Source: a virus
Direction: 5' to 3' (one strand)
IMG/VR virus record: IMGVR_UViG_3300021077_000115
Span: 174,064-238,063 of that record
Length of the DNA: 64,000 bases
Made by a program: the position numbers and the translations under genes. A model generated the notes under the pieces. That model saw nothing but the letters and a program-made list of their open reading frames with translations, searched no databases and had not been told where the DNA came from. Below, piece after piece: positions 46,144-56,228 of the stretch; position 1 is the first letter of the stretch, and every line of letters starts with the position of its first letter.

Positions 46144-46808
46144 TTTGCATAAACCCGCATAGAAGTATGGTTTCCAAAATTTCTATCGTCGGGGTTGATG
46201 ATAGTGTATGTCCCGCAGATCTAGTTGATATTTCACAGACCTTTCAGTTTGTTGAGTGGGGCGTTAATCTATGCCCTGAACAAGAACAGAGGCCTGGACA
46301 CCCCTCATCCGAATGGCTTGAAGAACTACTACCTTGCGCTGAAGATCTCCGATTGCGCGGAATCCTGCACGGCCGCTGGGAAAATGATGTGCTTGAAGGT
46401 GCTCCATCGCTAAAGGAGGAACGTCCAGATATCTGGGCAGCTTTTAGATGGTTGCAAGTTGACATCAGGAAAGATCCAAAGAAGATATTAACATCACTGC
46501 AACATTACCCAGATAAGATTATTCTATATACAAATCTAGAGCCAACATTTTCATCTAGGATTCTATTACCAAGAAATAAGATATTTACATGTCTTGATTA
46601 TTGTGGATACGATTTACTTGAGTCTGACCTTGATTGGTTGTGCCAAGAAACGAAGAAGTCATTTTGGGTAAGCATCGAGGGATTTAGATCTGATGACGAG
46701 ATTACCATGGACCTCTCTAGGGTAGTGAAGTTTTTGAATAGGGCAGAAGATTTTGTCACCCATGATAGTTTGGTGAAATCTCTGCGTCATAAGGGTTATC
46801 GAATATGA
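46131..46808 (+). CDS. hypothetical protein
   Basis: 225-aa ORF overlapping neighbours at both ends. Confidence 0.4.
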   Translation: METLICINPHRSMVSKISIVGVDDSVCPADLVDISQTFQFVEWGVNLCPEQEQRPGHPSSEWLEELLPCAEDLRLRGILHGRWENDVLEGAPSLKEERPDIWAAFRWLQVDIRKDPKKILTSLQHYPDKIILYTNLEPTFSSRILLPRNKIFTCLDYCGYDLLESDLDWLCQETKKSFWVSIEGFRSDDEITMDLSRVVKFLNRAEDFVTHDSLVKSLRHKGYRI

Positions 46809-47680
46809 TCCTGAACCACATCAAGCAAATCGCACATTCCAACTACTCCGAAGAGATTCGGCATGTAACGAAGGAAGAGGTAGCCGCCCTAAGTTCACTT
46901 GACCTATCAATGCTTCACTCAATCATGATTGGGCCGCATGTAAGTTTGGCGTTAGCGGTACTTCAGCGTATTGGTTTCTTTGAAGATCTCATCCCGGAGA
47001 TTCAGGAAGGGCTTGACCTCAAGAGTTCGAAGCACTTCAAAGAAATCTGGCCGCATACGATTCAGGTAGTTGGACAAACTCCGCCGGTTATCAACATTCG
47101 CTGGGCGGCACTGTTTCACGATCTGGGTAAGGCTAAGGCATTCGATATCAAGAACAACAAGGTTACATTCCATAACCACGAACATATCAGCGCATACATC
47201 TTCGATCAGTTTGCAAAGCGTACTGGGATTTTCAGTAACGGACAGCGAAGATCTATCCGATTCCTTGTAGCCAATTTGGGTTATGTTGAAGCGTATGATA
47301 GCTCTTGGACTGATACCGCCGTACGTAGGTTTGATAAGGAAGTTAGTATTTTTATTGATGACCTCTTGACTTTATCCGAGGCTGATATTACAACTAGCAA
47401 ACCGGAAAACAGAAGGAGGATCCTTCGCAGGATTCAAGAGCTGAGAGACCGTATTGCAGATATACGAGAAAAAGACTCCAAGCAACGCCCGCTTCCAAAG
47501 GGATTGGGAAATGCTATCTCTGACAACCTAGGAATTCCGTTAGGGCCTAGAATTGGGCAGCTGATGAAAGAATTAGAGGGAAAGGTTGAGATAGGAGAAA
47601 TATCGGCAAATGAAGATATCACATACTATATTGAACACCTAAGAAAGTCCCAAGTCGAGATTGCTAATACGCCAGCATAA
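46805..47680 (+). CDS. HD-domain protein resembling the C-terminal HD domain of bacterial CCA-adding enzymes (no nucleotidyltransferase head)
   Basis: AALFHDLGKAKAF motif and downstream helical region. Confidence 0.45.
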   Translation: MILNHIKQIAHSNYSEEIRHVTKEEVAALSSLDLSMLHSIMIGPHVSLALAVLQRIGFFEDLIPEIQEGLDLKSSKHFKEIWPHTIQVVGQTPPVINIRWAALFHDLGKAKAFDIKNNKVTFHNHEHISAYIFDQFAKRTGIFSNGQRRSIRFLVANLGYVEAYDSSWTDTAVRRFDKEVSIFIDDLLTLSEADITTSKPENRRRILRRIQELRDRIADIREKDSKQRPLPKGLGNAISDNLGIPLGPRIGQLMKELEGKVEIGEISANEDITYYIEHLRKSQVEIANTPA

Positions 47681-48219
47681 GGTGTATGTCAGAAACAATC
47701 ATTATCGACAATAGCTTCTTCACTTTGTCATATAACCCAGATACCAAGATCGTTCATCACGAAATAAAAGTTGCCCTCACTCACCAGGCGTTCATTAACT
47801 TGCTCACTGGTGGAGAGGCGGCTTTGAAAAGCAACCAGGCTATCAAGTGGTTGTCAGATGACCGTAAGTACAGCTCTCTAACTGCCGAAAATATGGATTG
47901 GTCTGGCCAGTGGTTACCTGGGGCCATGGCAGAGACCGGCTGGAAATATTGGGCGAGGGTTGTTGATAAGATGCCACCAAAGCCAATTCAGGATCAATTC
48001 GTTTCCGGTTATGGCAGTTACGGTCTTGTGGCAAAGATATTCACAGATATGTCTGCGGCAATGAAGTGGCTAGAAGATCAGGTGTAAGCTACTAATACTT
48101 TGGAATAATTATCTAACCTGTCTCTTGAACACAACGATGATAGTTGGTTGGAACAGGACAAACCACTAACCATGGTTTGTGGCCATACCATAGCAGAATA
48201 ATTCAGGGTGGTCATTTTT

Positions 48220-48291
48220 GCGGGCGTAGTTCAGCGGTAGAACGCGATCCTTCCAAGTTCGATGTCAGGAGTTCGATCCTCCTCGCCCGCT
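48220..48291 (+). tRNA. tRNA-Gly (TCC)
   Basis: GCGGGCG/CGCCCGC acceptor, anticodon loop CTTCCAA, T-arm AGGAG TTCGATC CTCCT. Confidence 0.7.
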
Positions 48292-48314
48292 CTACCAATA
48301 ATCTGGAGTTCTAA

Positions 48315-48410
48315 CATGGGTATTAAGAAACATAGAAGTATTAAGACGCATCGTGTTCCTGGTGGTGCTGGTAGTGGATCAAAAGTGATTCCAATCAAGA
48401 GAACTAGTTA
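48315..48410 (+). CDS. very small basic protein (31 aa) between Gly tRNAs, hypothetical
   Basis: MGIKKHRSIKTHRVPGGAGSGSKVIPIKRTS*; GGAG 8 nt upstream. Confidence 0.2.
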
Positions 48411-48416
48411 ATATTT

Positions 48417-48489
48417 GCGGGCGTAACTCAATTGGCAGAGTACCAGCTTCCCAAGCTGGAGGTTGAGGGTCCGATGCCCTTCGCCCGCT
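48417..48489 (+). tRNA. tRNA-Gly (CCC) with variant T-loop TCCGATG
   Basis: Same acceptor GCGGGCG/CGCCCGC, anticodon stem CCAGC/GCTGG, loop TTCCCAA. Confidence 0.6.
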
Positions 48490-48574
48490 CTCCCACCGGC
48501 GGTGGGAACAAATGGTTCTTAAGTGAACTGTTTCTGACTGTCACGATGTGAAAGCAGCGATTGATGGTCATTTC

Positions 48575-48655
48575 GCGGGCGTAGTCTAATGGTATGACAA
48601 CAGCCTTCCAAGCTGTCTCCGAAAGGAATTGAGAGTTCGAGTCTCTTCGCCCGCT
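48575..48655 (+). tRNA. tRNA-Gly (TCC)-like with 13-nt GNRA-hairpin insertion (CTCCGAAAGGAAT) in the variable region
   Basis: Same acceptor, anticodon stem ACAGC/GCTGT, loop CTTCCAA, T-arm GAGAG TTCGAGT CTCTT. Confidence 0.5.
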
Positions 48656-48665
48656 CTCAACCCAC

Positions 48666-48738
48666 GCGGGTAACTCCTCAATGGTGAGGTGCCTCGTTGC
48701 CAACGAGGAAGCGGCCAGTTCGATCCTGGTTACCCGCT
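48666..48738 (+). tRNA. tRNA-Gly (GCC)
   Basis: GCGGGTA/TACCCGC acceptor, anticodon stem CCTCG/CGAGG, loop TTGCCAA. Confidence 0.6.
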
Positions 48739-48771
48739 CAAACAACACAACGCATATCCTGGAATTATACC

Positions 48772-49686
48772 ATGGATTCCAATAAGCTCCTTAAACGCTG
48801 GGCATCTTCAAATAGAGATATCAATTCTCAATTGGTAGTTTCTGAAAATCTATTAGATGGTTTCTTTGGTACCAAAGTTGCTGCTGAATCTATGGATGAT
48901 GAAGCCTGTAAGATTCTATCAGCCTACGTGGCGTTCACCAGAGCGCTCTACTTAGTACATCAACAGAATCATTGGGACGCCCAAGCATATGGAGATCACT
49001 TACTCTTTCAACGACTATACGAAGGGGCACAAGAACTAGCAGACGACGCGGCTGAGCGTGTAAAGGGTCTGTGTGGTGACGTTATTTTTGAAGGTGAAGA
49101 GGCCATCACAAAGAAGTTTGAACCAAGTATCAAGACACTAAGCTCACTTCTAGAATCCTCGTTGGAGATTGAACGCGCATTCCAGGATGTATGTCAAAAC
49201 ACCTATGATGCCATGAAGAAAAAAGATATGATGACTCTTGGGCTTGATGATCTTCTTATGTCACAAGCCAGTCAAGGTGAAGTACATATTTACCTTCTGC
49301 AGCAGGCTTTAAAGGGACTAGGAGAAGATATGAGTAGTGTAGCTGATAATGCTAAAGAGATTCTTGAAAAGACCGAGAGTTTTAGGGATATTTTGGTGGT
49401 GGCCGGCAGGAAGCGCAAGCCAGAATATAAGCCAAAGGACATCATCGAGTATATCGAAGCTGCCCTCAAGGTTCGTCCACATGAAGAAGTTTTCGCTTAT
49501 ATCAAGGGATTGGAAGAAGCCCTGCTAGATCAGGTCATCAACATCTTGATGAAAACTAACCCTGCTTTGTTGAAGAAGATCTTTGTTAGCAGCATCGCAA
49601 AGCCTGAAGTTGAAATTGAAGAAAAGATTGAATCTCCTGAGCTGCCAGGCTTGGAAGATGCGCAGAAGAGTGTTGTCCTGTTGTAA
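48772..49686 (+). CDS. Dps/ferritin-like domain protein with long acidic C-terminal extension
   Basis: HQQNHWDAQAYGDHLLFQRLYEGAQELADDAAERV matches the Dps motif NfHWnVkG..f..lHe.fee.y.el.e..DeiAERi; ORF-track start 48697 overlaps tRNA-Gly. Confidence 0.5.
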   Translation: MDSNKLLKRWASSNRDINSQLVVSENLLDGFFGTKVAAESMDDEACKILSAYVAFTRALYLVHQQNHWDAQAYGDHLLFQRLYEGAQELADDAAERVKGLCGDVIFEGEEAITKKFEPSIKTLSSLLESSLEIERAFQDVCQNTYDAMKKKDMMTLGLDDLLMSQASQGEVHIYLLQQALKGLGEDMSSVADNAKEILEKTESFRDILVVAGRKRKPEYKPKDIIEYIEAALKVRPHEEVFAYIKGLEEALLDQVINILMKTNPALLKKIFVSSIAKPEVEIEEKIESPELPGLEDAQKSVVLL

Positions 49687-50040
49687 TAGAAAAGAGGTAG
49701 TTGTTATGCTTTAGTTATGCAAACAACCAACAATTACGTTCCGACAATTATAGAACGCAGCGCCCGTCGAGCTACCCGCCGTATCTGCGGGGGTGATAGA
49801 GCTTTGCGTTACTTTAAAAAATCATCACATCGTTCTTATCGAAGAATGATGAACCAACAACTCAGCGACATTACGTCTGGTTACATCGACGTGGAAGATT
49901 ACAACGATGAACCCGGTCATTGCAAATGCACCAGCTGGGATATTTGGTAGTTGATTGTATTACCTATTAATTGGCAACAGGTGATATTTCCCTATTATTT
50001 ATAGGGTTTCAATAAAATTCAAAAATTACAGGGAGGTTAT

Positions 50041-51126
50041 ATGTCCACATCATTTTCTAGACTTATCACAAGTGTAGTTGTATTCATGGCGCTTTCCTGT
50101 GGCAGCAAAGGGCAAGAGAGCGGCAATGGAAATACTGGAGGATCTGGTTACGTAATTCAAACTGGCGGAACCGGATCTGATATTGATGGAGGCTCTAATG
50201 GAGGTGGAACAACCTGTGCTCAGCAACAAGTCCCACTAAAAGTATTGCCTCCAGACATCTTGATAATTCAAGACAGATCTCAGTCGATGACTGATAACTC
50301 CAACGATAAAACCTGTACTGGTGGGTGCGGAGCGGCATCAAAATGGGCACAGGTAACCACCGCTATCGAGGATGTAGTTAACTCTACCCAAAATTCTGTA
50401 AATTGGGGACTGTTCTATTTCAGCAATGGAGTTACCGAATGTGGAGTTAATACAACACCAGCTGTGTCTGTATCTCTAGGCAATGCCAGTCAGATTGTTA
50501 CTTCTCTAACGGCAAATTCTCCAAGTGGCGCAACCCCAACAACTGCAACTGTAAATAATGCAGTTGCCTATATGCAGACACTTACAGATCCTAATCCAAA
50601 GTATCTTTTGCTCGCAACAGATGGAGAACCAAACTGCCTTGGTGGAAATGCAAACAACAAAGACATTGCTGGGGCTACCGCAGCAATTGATAATGCAAAG
50701 TCTCTGGGCTTCCCCGTATTCGTTGTGGGTATTGGTAATGTCACTACAGCAACCTCAACACTAAATGGAATGGCTAACGCTGGTGGAAAAGCTCAAGCGG
50801 GCACCACAGCTTATTATGCGGTTACTGATACTGCGAGTCTTGAAACGGCCTTGACCAATATTGTAGGTATGGTATCTTCATGTACCATCTCATTGCAAAA
50901 TGTACCAAGTGGTCAATGGACAATTGCTATTTGGGCAACCGATTCTTCTGGTAAAACAATTCAGATCCAAAATAGCGCATCAGATGGTTGGGCCTATACT
51001 GACACAAACAAGTCGAGCATTGCACTGGTTGGACCAATATGTGATAACCTAAAGAATGGTACATATTCAAATATTCAGTTTGTTTATACTTGCCAAGATC
51101 AGGTTATTAATCCACCAGTGAACTAA
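50041..51126 (+). CDS. secreted lipoprotein with vWA domain
   Basis: SD GGGAGG; lipobox LSCG; MIDAS IQDRSQSMTD; ...LLATDGEPN. Confidence 0.6.
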   Translation: MSTSFSRLITSVVVFMALSCGSKGQESGNGNTGGSGYVIQTGGTGSDIDGGSNGGGTTCAQQQVPLKVLPPDILIIQDRSQSMTDNSNDKTCTGGCGAASKWAQVTTAIEDVVNSTQNSVNWGLFYFSNGVTECGVNTTPAVSVSLGNASQIVTSLTANSPSGATPTTATVNNAVAYMQTLTDPNPKYLLLATDGEPNCLGGNANNKDIAGATAAIDNAKSLGFPVFVVGIGNVTTATSTLNGMANAGGKAQAGTTAYYAVTDTASLETALTNIVGMVSSCTISLQNVPSGQWTIAIWATDSSGKTIQIQNSASDGWAYTDTNKSSIALVGPICDNLKNGTYSNIQFVYTCQDQVINPPVN

Positions 51127-51296
51127 AGTGCCCAGACATATTCAAGAAAATCAATTATTATTAGCTAAAGAGAAAGATGTAGATAGGTTAGCTCAATATT
51201 TAGGTATTGATACAACAGGTTTATCAAAAGAAGATATAGCAAGTATTGTTGCTAGAAAAATTCAATTCTATACTGAGCCTGTTAATTACTATTGAT

Positions 51297-51379
51297 GGAA
51301 AGACAAGCCAATTGGCGATGGCATCAATTTCGAAAATTGACGAGCGCAAGCCTTGGGGATTCGAATTCCTCTCTTTCCG
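51297..51379 (+). tRNA. tRNA-Ser (CGA), type II
   Basis: GGAAAGA/TCTTTCC acceptor, G73, anticodon stem CAAT/ATTG, loop TTCGAAA, T-arm GGGGA TTCGAAT TCCTC. Confidence 0.6.
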
Positions 51380-51392
51380 CAAAAATTATTAT

Positions 51393-51475
51393 GGTAGGAC
51401 AATCCAATTGGTGATGGAACCTGTTTTGAAAACAGTCGAGCGCAAGCCTTGGGGATTCGAATTCCTCTCCTACCG
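51393..51475 (+). tRNA. tRNA-Ser (TGA), type II
   Basis: GGTAGGA/TCCTACC acceptor, G73, anticodon stem CTGT/ACAG, loop TTTGAAA, same T-arm. Confidence 0.6.
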
Positions 51476-51479
51476 CAGA

Positions 51480-51782
51480 ATGAGTAGATACACAGAAATT
51501 GCTAAGCGTCTCCAAAGCGGAGAAACTGTCACGTATAAAGAGTTCGGTAATTCAATGTTACCAAAGATGAAAAGTGGCGTGAAGGTAAGTGTCCGCCCCT
51601 GTAAATTAGAAGATTGTAATGTTGGTGATATTGTCCTATCTAAAGTACATGGAGCCCATTATTTGCACTATGTCAAGGCTGTAGCCTCTGATGGTAAGGT
51701 TCAGATTGGAAATGCCCATGGACATATTAATGGATGGACAAGAACTGTCTTTGGTAAATTAGACTCCTTTGAAAATCCATAG
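51480..51782 (+). CDS. S24-family (LexA/UmuD-like) peptidase domain protein
   Basis: GNSMLP (G-D/N-SM-P) and GDIVL motifs; the upstream part of ORF 51246-51782 is read-through of two tRNA-Ser genes. Confidence 0.45.
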   Translation: MSRYTEIAKRLQSGETVTYKEFGNSMLPKMKSGVKVSVRPCKLEDCNVGDIVLSKVHGAHYLHYVKAVASDGKVQIGNAHGHINGWTRTVFGKLDSFENP

Positions 51783-51989
51783 TCGAGAAACGCGAAGTTC
51801 ACGGCTATAAATTCAGCTAATAATTAAGAATAGATTTAATACCAAGATGCTTTACATAGGTAAAGTAAACCACATCGGTTCAGCCCCGCCGCCTTAGTTG
51901 GCCGTGGGGCTTTTGGGGTAGGTGCTCAATACTCAGATGGTACGAGAGCCACACCTGGATCCATTAGGCAGCGGTGACCATGACGCAGG

Positions 51990-52300
51990 GATAGACCGAA
52001 TTCGATGACAAGCGGATATTACAGCTAGTCTGGCATTGGAAAGACAATTGACAGCTCTGAGAAAGATCAGAGATCGAAGGTAAGCGGATTGCAGCTCCCT
52101 GGAATCTGGGAAGACAGATGACGGCCGGAAAGACAGCAAAGTCGATGAGTAAAGCGGACATGTATAAGCAGCTTCCCGACAATTCGGATAGACGATTGAC
52201 AGCTGGAATTAGACAGCAAATCTCGATGATAAGCGGAGCAAATTTATACAGCTACAGACAGCGGGAAAGACAGCTGACGGCGGGAACAGACCGCATTATG
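51990..52300. repeat. degenerate tandem array (about four units of 70-80 bp) sharing GAT-GA-N-AAGCGGA ... CAGCT ... GAAAGACAG submotifs, immediately upstream of tRNA-Ser(GGA)
   Basis: Recurring caagcggatatt / taagcggattgc / aaagcggacatg / taagcggagcaa and agacagNNgacNgc elements; not CRISPR-like. Confidence 0.5.
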
Positions 52301-52384
52301 GAGAGTCAATCCGATTGGCGACGGAACCTGCTTGGAAAGTAGACGAGCGTAACAGCCTTGTGAGTTCGAATCTCACACTCTCCG
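52300..52384 (+). tRNA. tRNA-Ser (GGA), type II
   Basis: GGAGAGT/ACTCTCC acceptor, G73, long D-loop with GG, anticodon stem CTGC/GTAG, loop TTGGAAA, T-arm GTGAG TTCGAAT CTCAC. Confidence 0.6.
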
Positions 52385-52389
52385 CAAAG

Positions 52390-52836
52390 ATGAATGTTAA
52401 CCAAAAAGGCGTGGTTGGTTTGGTTAAGGTAATATCCGATTTAGTAAGTAGAGGATATGAAGTATTCACGCCAATTTCTGATTTTTGCCCAGTTGATATT
52501 ATTGTGGCAGATAGTAAAATGAACCTTAGGAGGATACAGGTAAAATACCGTGAACATGACAACAGGAATAAGAATGCAATAGTTGTACAACTTGACTCAA
52601 TAGTAAATGGGAAAAGAGTTCCAGTTGATGTTTCGCTAATTGATGGGTGGGCAATATATTTCCCTGAAACTAATGAAATTTACTACGTTCCCAAAAGTGA
52701 AGTGCAGGGCAGGAGTATTTGGCTATGCATTAGGGAGTATAAATTAAGAAGAAACAAATTAGCAAGTAAGTTTCTTGATCCTGATAGAATTTTTGGAGAG
52801 GCAATCCAACAGCTGGCGATGGAATCTGGTTGCTAA
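52390..52836 (+). CDS. hypothetical protein, possibly PD-(D/E)XK nuclease fold (Hjc/endonuclease-like); 3' end overlaps tRNA-Ser(GCT)
   Basis: RGYEVFTPISDFCPVDIIVADSK...IQVKY resembles a D...(D/E)xK core. Confidence 0.3.
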   Translation: MNVNQKGVVGLVKVISDLVSRGYEVFTPISDFCPVDIIVADSKMNLRRIQVKYREHDNRNKNAIVVQLDSIVNGKRVPVDVSLIDGWAIYFPETNEIYYVPKSEVQGRSIWLCIREYKLRRNKLASKFLDPDRIFGEAIQQLAMESGC

Positions 52837-52884
52837 CCAGACGAGTTCGAAAGGGCCTTGCGAGTTCGACCCTCGCCCTCTCCG
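52795..52884 (+). tRNA. tRNA-Ser (GCT), type II
   Basis: GGAGAGG/CCTCTCC acceptor, G73, anticodon stem TCTGG/CCAGA, loop TTGCTAA, T-arm GCGAG TTCGACC CTCGC. Confidence 0.6.
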
Positions 52885-52898
52885 CAATATGAGTACCT

Positions 52899-53399
52899 AT
52901 GAAAAAAGATACCTTCTACGATCAATATCCACTTGTATTTCCCACACGAGAACCTGAACAAGGTTTTCATTGTGGCAAGGGATGGTATCAACTTCTGGAT
53001 TGCCTATTCGAAGTAATCCAAAAACACCTTGAGAAGCTTGCAGAGCCGCCTCCGTTCCGCATTACTTACATCAAAGAGAAGTATGGCACGGTGCGCATCG
53101 GCTACGAGCACGCCACAGACTACATCAAGGAAACCCTCATCCAAGCCGAAGAGATGAGCGGACACATTTGCGAAACATGCGGCGAGTATGGCAAGCTTCG
53201 TGACTCCGCGCTTTGGATCAAGGTTCGCTGCGATGATTGCGAAGAGAAACATTTCGCATATCAAAACGCACCATTGTCTCCAGAGTCTCAAGCGGCGCTG
53301 GATGAGGGGCTACGTAGCGCCAAGGCTGACATCGAAGCTGGGAAGCCCCCGATTGATCTCGGGAGCTTCGCTCAGTACGCTGATGACGATGAAGAGTAG
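52899..53399 (+). CDS. hypothetical protein (Cys-cluster, GC-rich central region, acidic tail)
   Basis: 166-aa ORF. Confidence 0.4.
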   Translation: MKKDTFYDQYPLVFPTREPEQGFHCGKGWYQLLDCLFEVIQKHLEKLAEPPPFRITYIKEKYGTVRIGYEHATDYIKETLIQAEEMSGHICETCGEYGKLRDSALWIKVRCDDCEEKHFAYQNAPLSPESQAALDEGLRSAKADIEAGKPPIDLGSFAQYADDDEE

Positions 53400-53408
53400 G
53401 TGTTACTC

Positions 53409-53999
53409 TTATAGTATCACCATAGTCTCTCCGCTCGGTGCAACAAACCAATCTTTCGTCAGCTTGTCTCGAAAGATTAACCAATCAGTAGATAAGATCT
53501 TATCATCTACAATTTCGCACCTAAGCCTTTCTTGAATTCGCTTTAAGTTCTTATAATATCTCTGCTGATTGTTTCCGTAAAAATTACCTAGCACATATGC
53601 GTGCTTATCTGTCCATAGGTGCCATGACCCAAAACAAGCGGCCACGTCACCCTTTTCTTTTCGGAATTTTCTTGTCGGAATTGGATCGCCTTCTTTGACC
53701 GTTTTGCGAAATTCTTCTAGAAAGCTAGGATAACGATCTAGAATTTGTTCATTTGTCAGGTTTATAGATGGGAATCCTGTGAATAAACAAGACATCAAGC
53801 TGCCATCTTCCCATATAGCCCTATCATGCTTGAAAATCTCAACGTCATACTTACCACTTGAGAACATAGGATAGACCCGAATATGGGCGCTTCTTCTGCT
53901 CTTCCACTTACCCTTCGGCTTGATATCAGGAATATCAATTCCGGCAAAAATATCAAAGTCATCATCGCTTCGGACTTCTCCAAAAATATCTAGTTCCAT
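53409..53999 (-). CDS. hypothetical protein
   Basis: 196-aa ORF. Confidence 0.4.
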   Translation of the reverse strand: MELDIFGEVRSDDDFDIFAGIDIPDIKPKGKWKSRRSAHIRVYPMFSSGKYDVEIFKHDRAIWEDGSLMSCLFTGFPSINLTNEQILDRYPSFLEEFRKTVKEGDPIPTRKFRKEKGDVAACFGSWHLWTDKHAYVLGNFYGNNQQRYYKNLKRIQERLRCEIVDDKILSTDWLIFRDKLTKDWFVAPSGETMVIL

Positions 54000-54032
54000 A
54001 ACATTAAACTTTCTATCTTTAGGCGATGATGC

Positions 54033-54638
54033 TTATGATGCCAATGGTAATGGATAAAGATCCGGATTGATTGTATTGGTGGTTACAATACGATTCCTAT
54101 TACTCCGCTTGAACCTGCGAAGAGTACCATCATTTTTGCGCAGAGACATTTCGGTTCCATCTGGTCCAGCATACACACCCATACCTGGATAGATCCAATG
54201 ATTAAATGGAGAAACCAATACATTGCCAACGAGTAATGGTATGTACTCGTCACAATTGAATATATTGATATCAACTCCAAAGAATTCACTCATGGCGATG
54301 AGAAGCTGGTCCACGAATGGAGCTTGGATTTGAGTGCCATGACCAGTTATAATGTTGCCAAGAATAAACAGAATAGTAAACCTACCAGTTCTATAGCTGA
54401 TTGCCTTTGGATCTTCGTAGTGCATCTTATGAATCGCCCCAGAACCTTCCAATTCTTCATCTTTGAATCCATCCAACCCACGTGTAGTGGAGAATGGATA
54501 TCTATCTCCAGCCACATCAAAAATAGGATTTGACTCAATATCCAAATACAAGCCAACAGAGCGATGCTCTGTTACTCTAGATTCAGCACCAACAATGAGG
54601 GTTTCATAGTAGTCTAGCGGTATATATCTAAGTGCCAT
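54033..54638 (-). CDS. hypothetical protein
   Basis: 201-aa ORF; TAA stop 33 nt before the next start. Confidence 0.4.
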   Translation of the reverse strand: MALRYIPLDYYETLIVGAESRVTEHRSVGLYLDIESNPIFDVAGDRYPFSTTRGLDGFKDEELEGSGAIHKMHYEDPKAISYRTGRFTILFILGNIITGHGTQIQAPFVDQLLIAMSEFFGVDINIFNCDEYIPLLVGNVLVSPFNHWIYPGMGVYAGPDGTEMSLRKNDGTLRRFKRSNRNRIVTTNTINPDLYPLPLAS

Positions 54639-55402
54639 GTTTTTCCTTTATCCTTTATCCTTTATCCTTTTTGGAGGATATGAAAAGGAAGTGCATCTAG
54701 GCGGGATCCTCGACGGGGAAAATAGCTACTTCTCATTCTTACAAGCAAACTCAACGATAGCCGATTCCAAATCACAATCCTCGATGTAGAACAGCGGAAC
54801 CTTAGGTGCTGTTTCCGAGGCACGGATAGCATTCACAATCAATTGACCAAGGCGCAAATCTGGACACTTGATCCACGATTGAAAGATAGCCTCGATCATC
54901 ATACTTTTCTGGGCCACAGTAATTGATCGCCCCTCTATCGGCTTAGTCATTGACTAATGCGCTCTTATTAGCTCAACGTAGTAGGTTTCATCTTGGTCTG
55001 CCACACGTTGAAATACCTTACGGCAATCATGACACTCTACCACTGACGTCACCCTAAGGCCAATTAGAGTACCATTGCACTTTGGGCAATTGGCTTCTGA
55101 AATCAATTCCTGTGTATTTCAAGCATTATCATATTGTACTCATCATTCCGTCAGGAAACGAAGTCTGCTCGACCCAATCTTGACCGAATACATCCAAGCA
55201 ATACCTCTGATACTGGACATCCATCTTTTCTCTCAATTGTAAGAGGGTACGGATTGAGAATGTAATCTTCTCTTGCATATCCGAGGAAATCAATAATAGT
55301 AAAAACTTCGTGTTGAATTACTTGAAATAGACCAGCTATAGAGTTCTTGAAAGTTGGTTTATATTCTAATTCATTGTTGAGAATTGTTACTGCACCCATA
55401 CT

Positions 55403-55903
55403 TCACCCCTGATCGTATACAGTAACATTGATACCTCTTTTCAATAACTCATTCTCAATAAGTGGCTCAATTTCTTCCCAGTTACCCTGAGCGAGCCCAC
55501 ACCCAATCCTGGGCATGTGTACTGCTGCGTTATACTTACTGATTTCGTCACCAGCCTTATCCAAACACTTTTGTAGGGCGCTGTAGTCAATTGGCTTAGG
55601 ATTTTTTGGACCCACGATACCTTTTTGGGCGACCATATTGATCACCACAAGGTCGCTGAGAATTTGTATAATCTGGATGTCTCCGAGAAGCAATTTTCCG
55701 TAACGTTCACGCCACCACTTGCGATATTCAATCTCGACTTTTGGCCATCGCCTTGCAAGCGCTCCAGAGAAGCCCGCTCCGTATTTACCCTCATCATTGA
55801 CAATCTGAATTACGTAACGGGTGTTACTTCCAAGAGGATTGGTAGCATCGCCATTCACGAACTTGAGCAGACCTTTTGGATTATGATCACTTGGTTTTAC
55901 CAT
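55403..55903 (-). CDS. Macro-domain protein (ADP-ribose binding/hydrolysing)
   Basis: KFVNGDATNPLGS...IVNDEGKYGAGFSGAL and PRIGCGLAQG resemble macro-domain motifs (VNAAN..GGGV..AI; P.IGTG..G). Confidence 0.55.
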   Translation of the reverse strand: MVKPSDHNPKGLLKFVNGDATNPLGSNTRYVIQIVNDEGKYGAGFSGALARRWPKVEIEYRKWWRERYGKLLLGDIQIIQILSDLVVINMVAQKGIVGPKNPKPIDYSALQKCLDKAGDEISKYNAAVHMPRIGCGLAQGNWEEIEPLIENELLKRGINVTVYDQG

Positions 55904-56000
55904 ATTTTTCCTACTTAAAAGAGGTAGTTTTTTGATTCTGAAACTACCAAAACAGCCGCACCACCGATCACCACTGCGCCGCCGACCAAGCGGAAAGACA

Positions 56001-56228
56001 TTATTTTTTTCTATAGATTATTCTACATTTGGTCATGTCGAATGTATCCAGCTCAACATCAACCTTATCGCCCTCAACAACTTTTATATTATTGGTGCGC
56101 ATCTTACCGGAAAGTTGTCCCATCACTTTTTTTGTATTACCGTTTTCAAGATCTATGCTAACGGCGAAGAATCCGTTACCGCAAGCTCTATCAATTATTC
56201 CGTTGAATCTTGGTTTTTCAGAAGGCAT
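56001..56228 (-). CDS. infA: translation initiation factor IF-1
   Basis: GKMRTNNIKVVEGDKVDVELDTFDMTKCRIIYR aligns with E. coli IF1 [33 protein letters not shown]. Confidence 0.75.
   Translation of the reverse strand: MPSEKPRFNGIIDRACGNGFFAVSIDLENGNTKKVMGQLSGKMRTNNIKVVEGDKVDVELDTFDMTKCRIIYRKK

Noticed and set aside
54033-54638. Calcineurin-like metallophosphoesterase
   Set aside because: No DxH, GDxxDR or GNHE motif series. Left as hypothetical.
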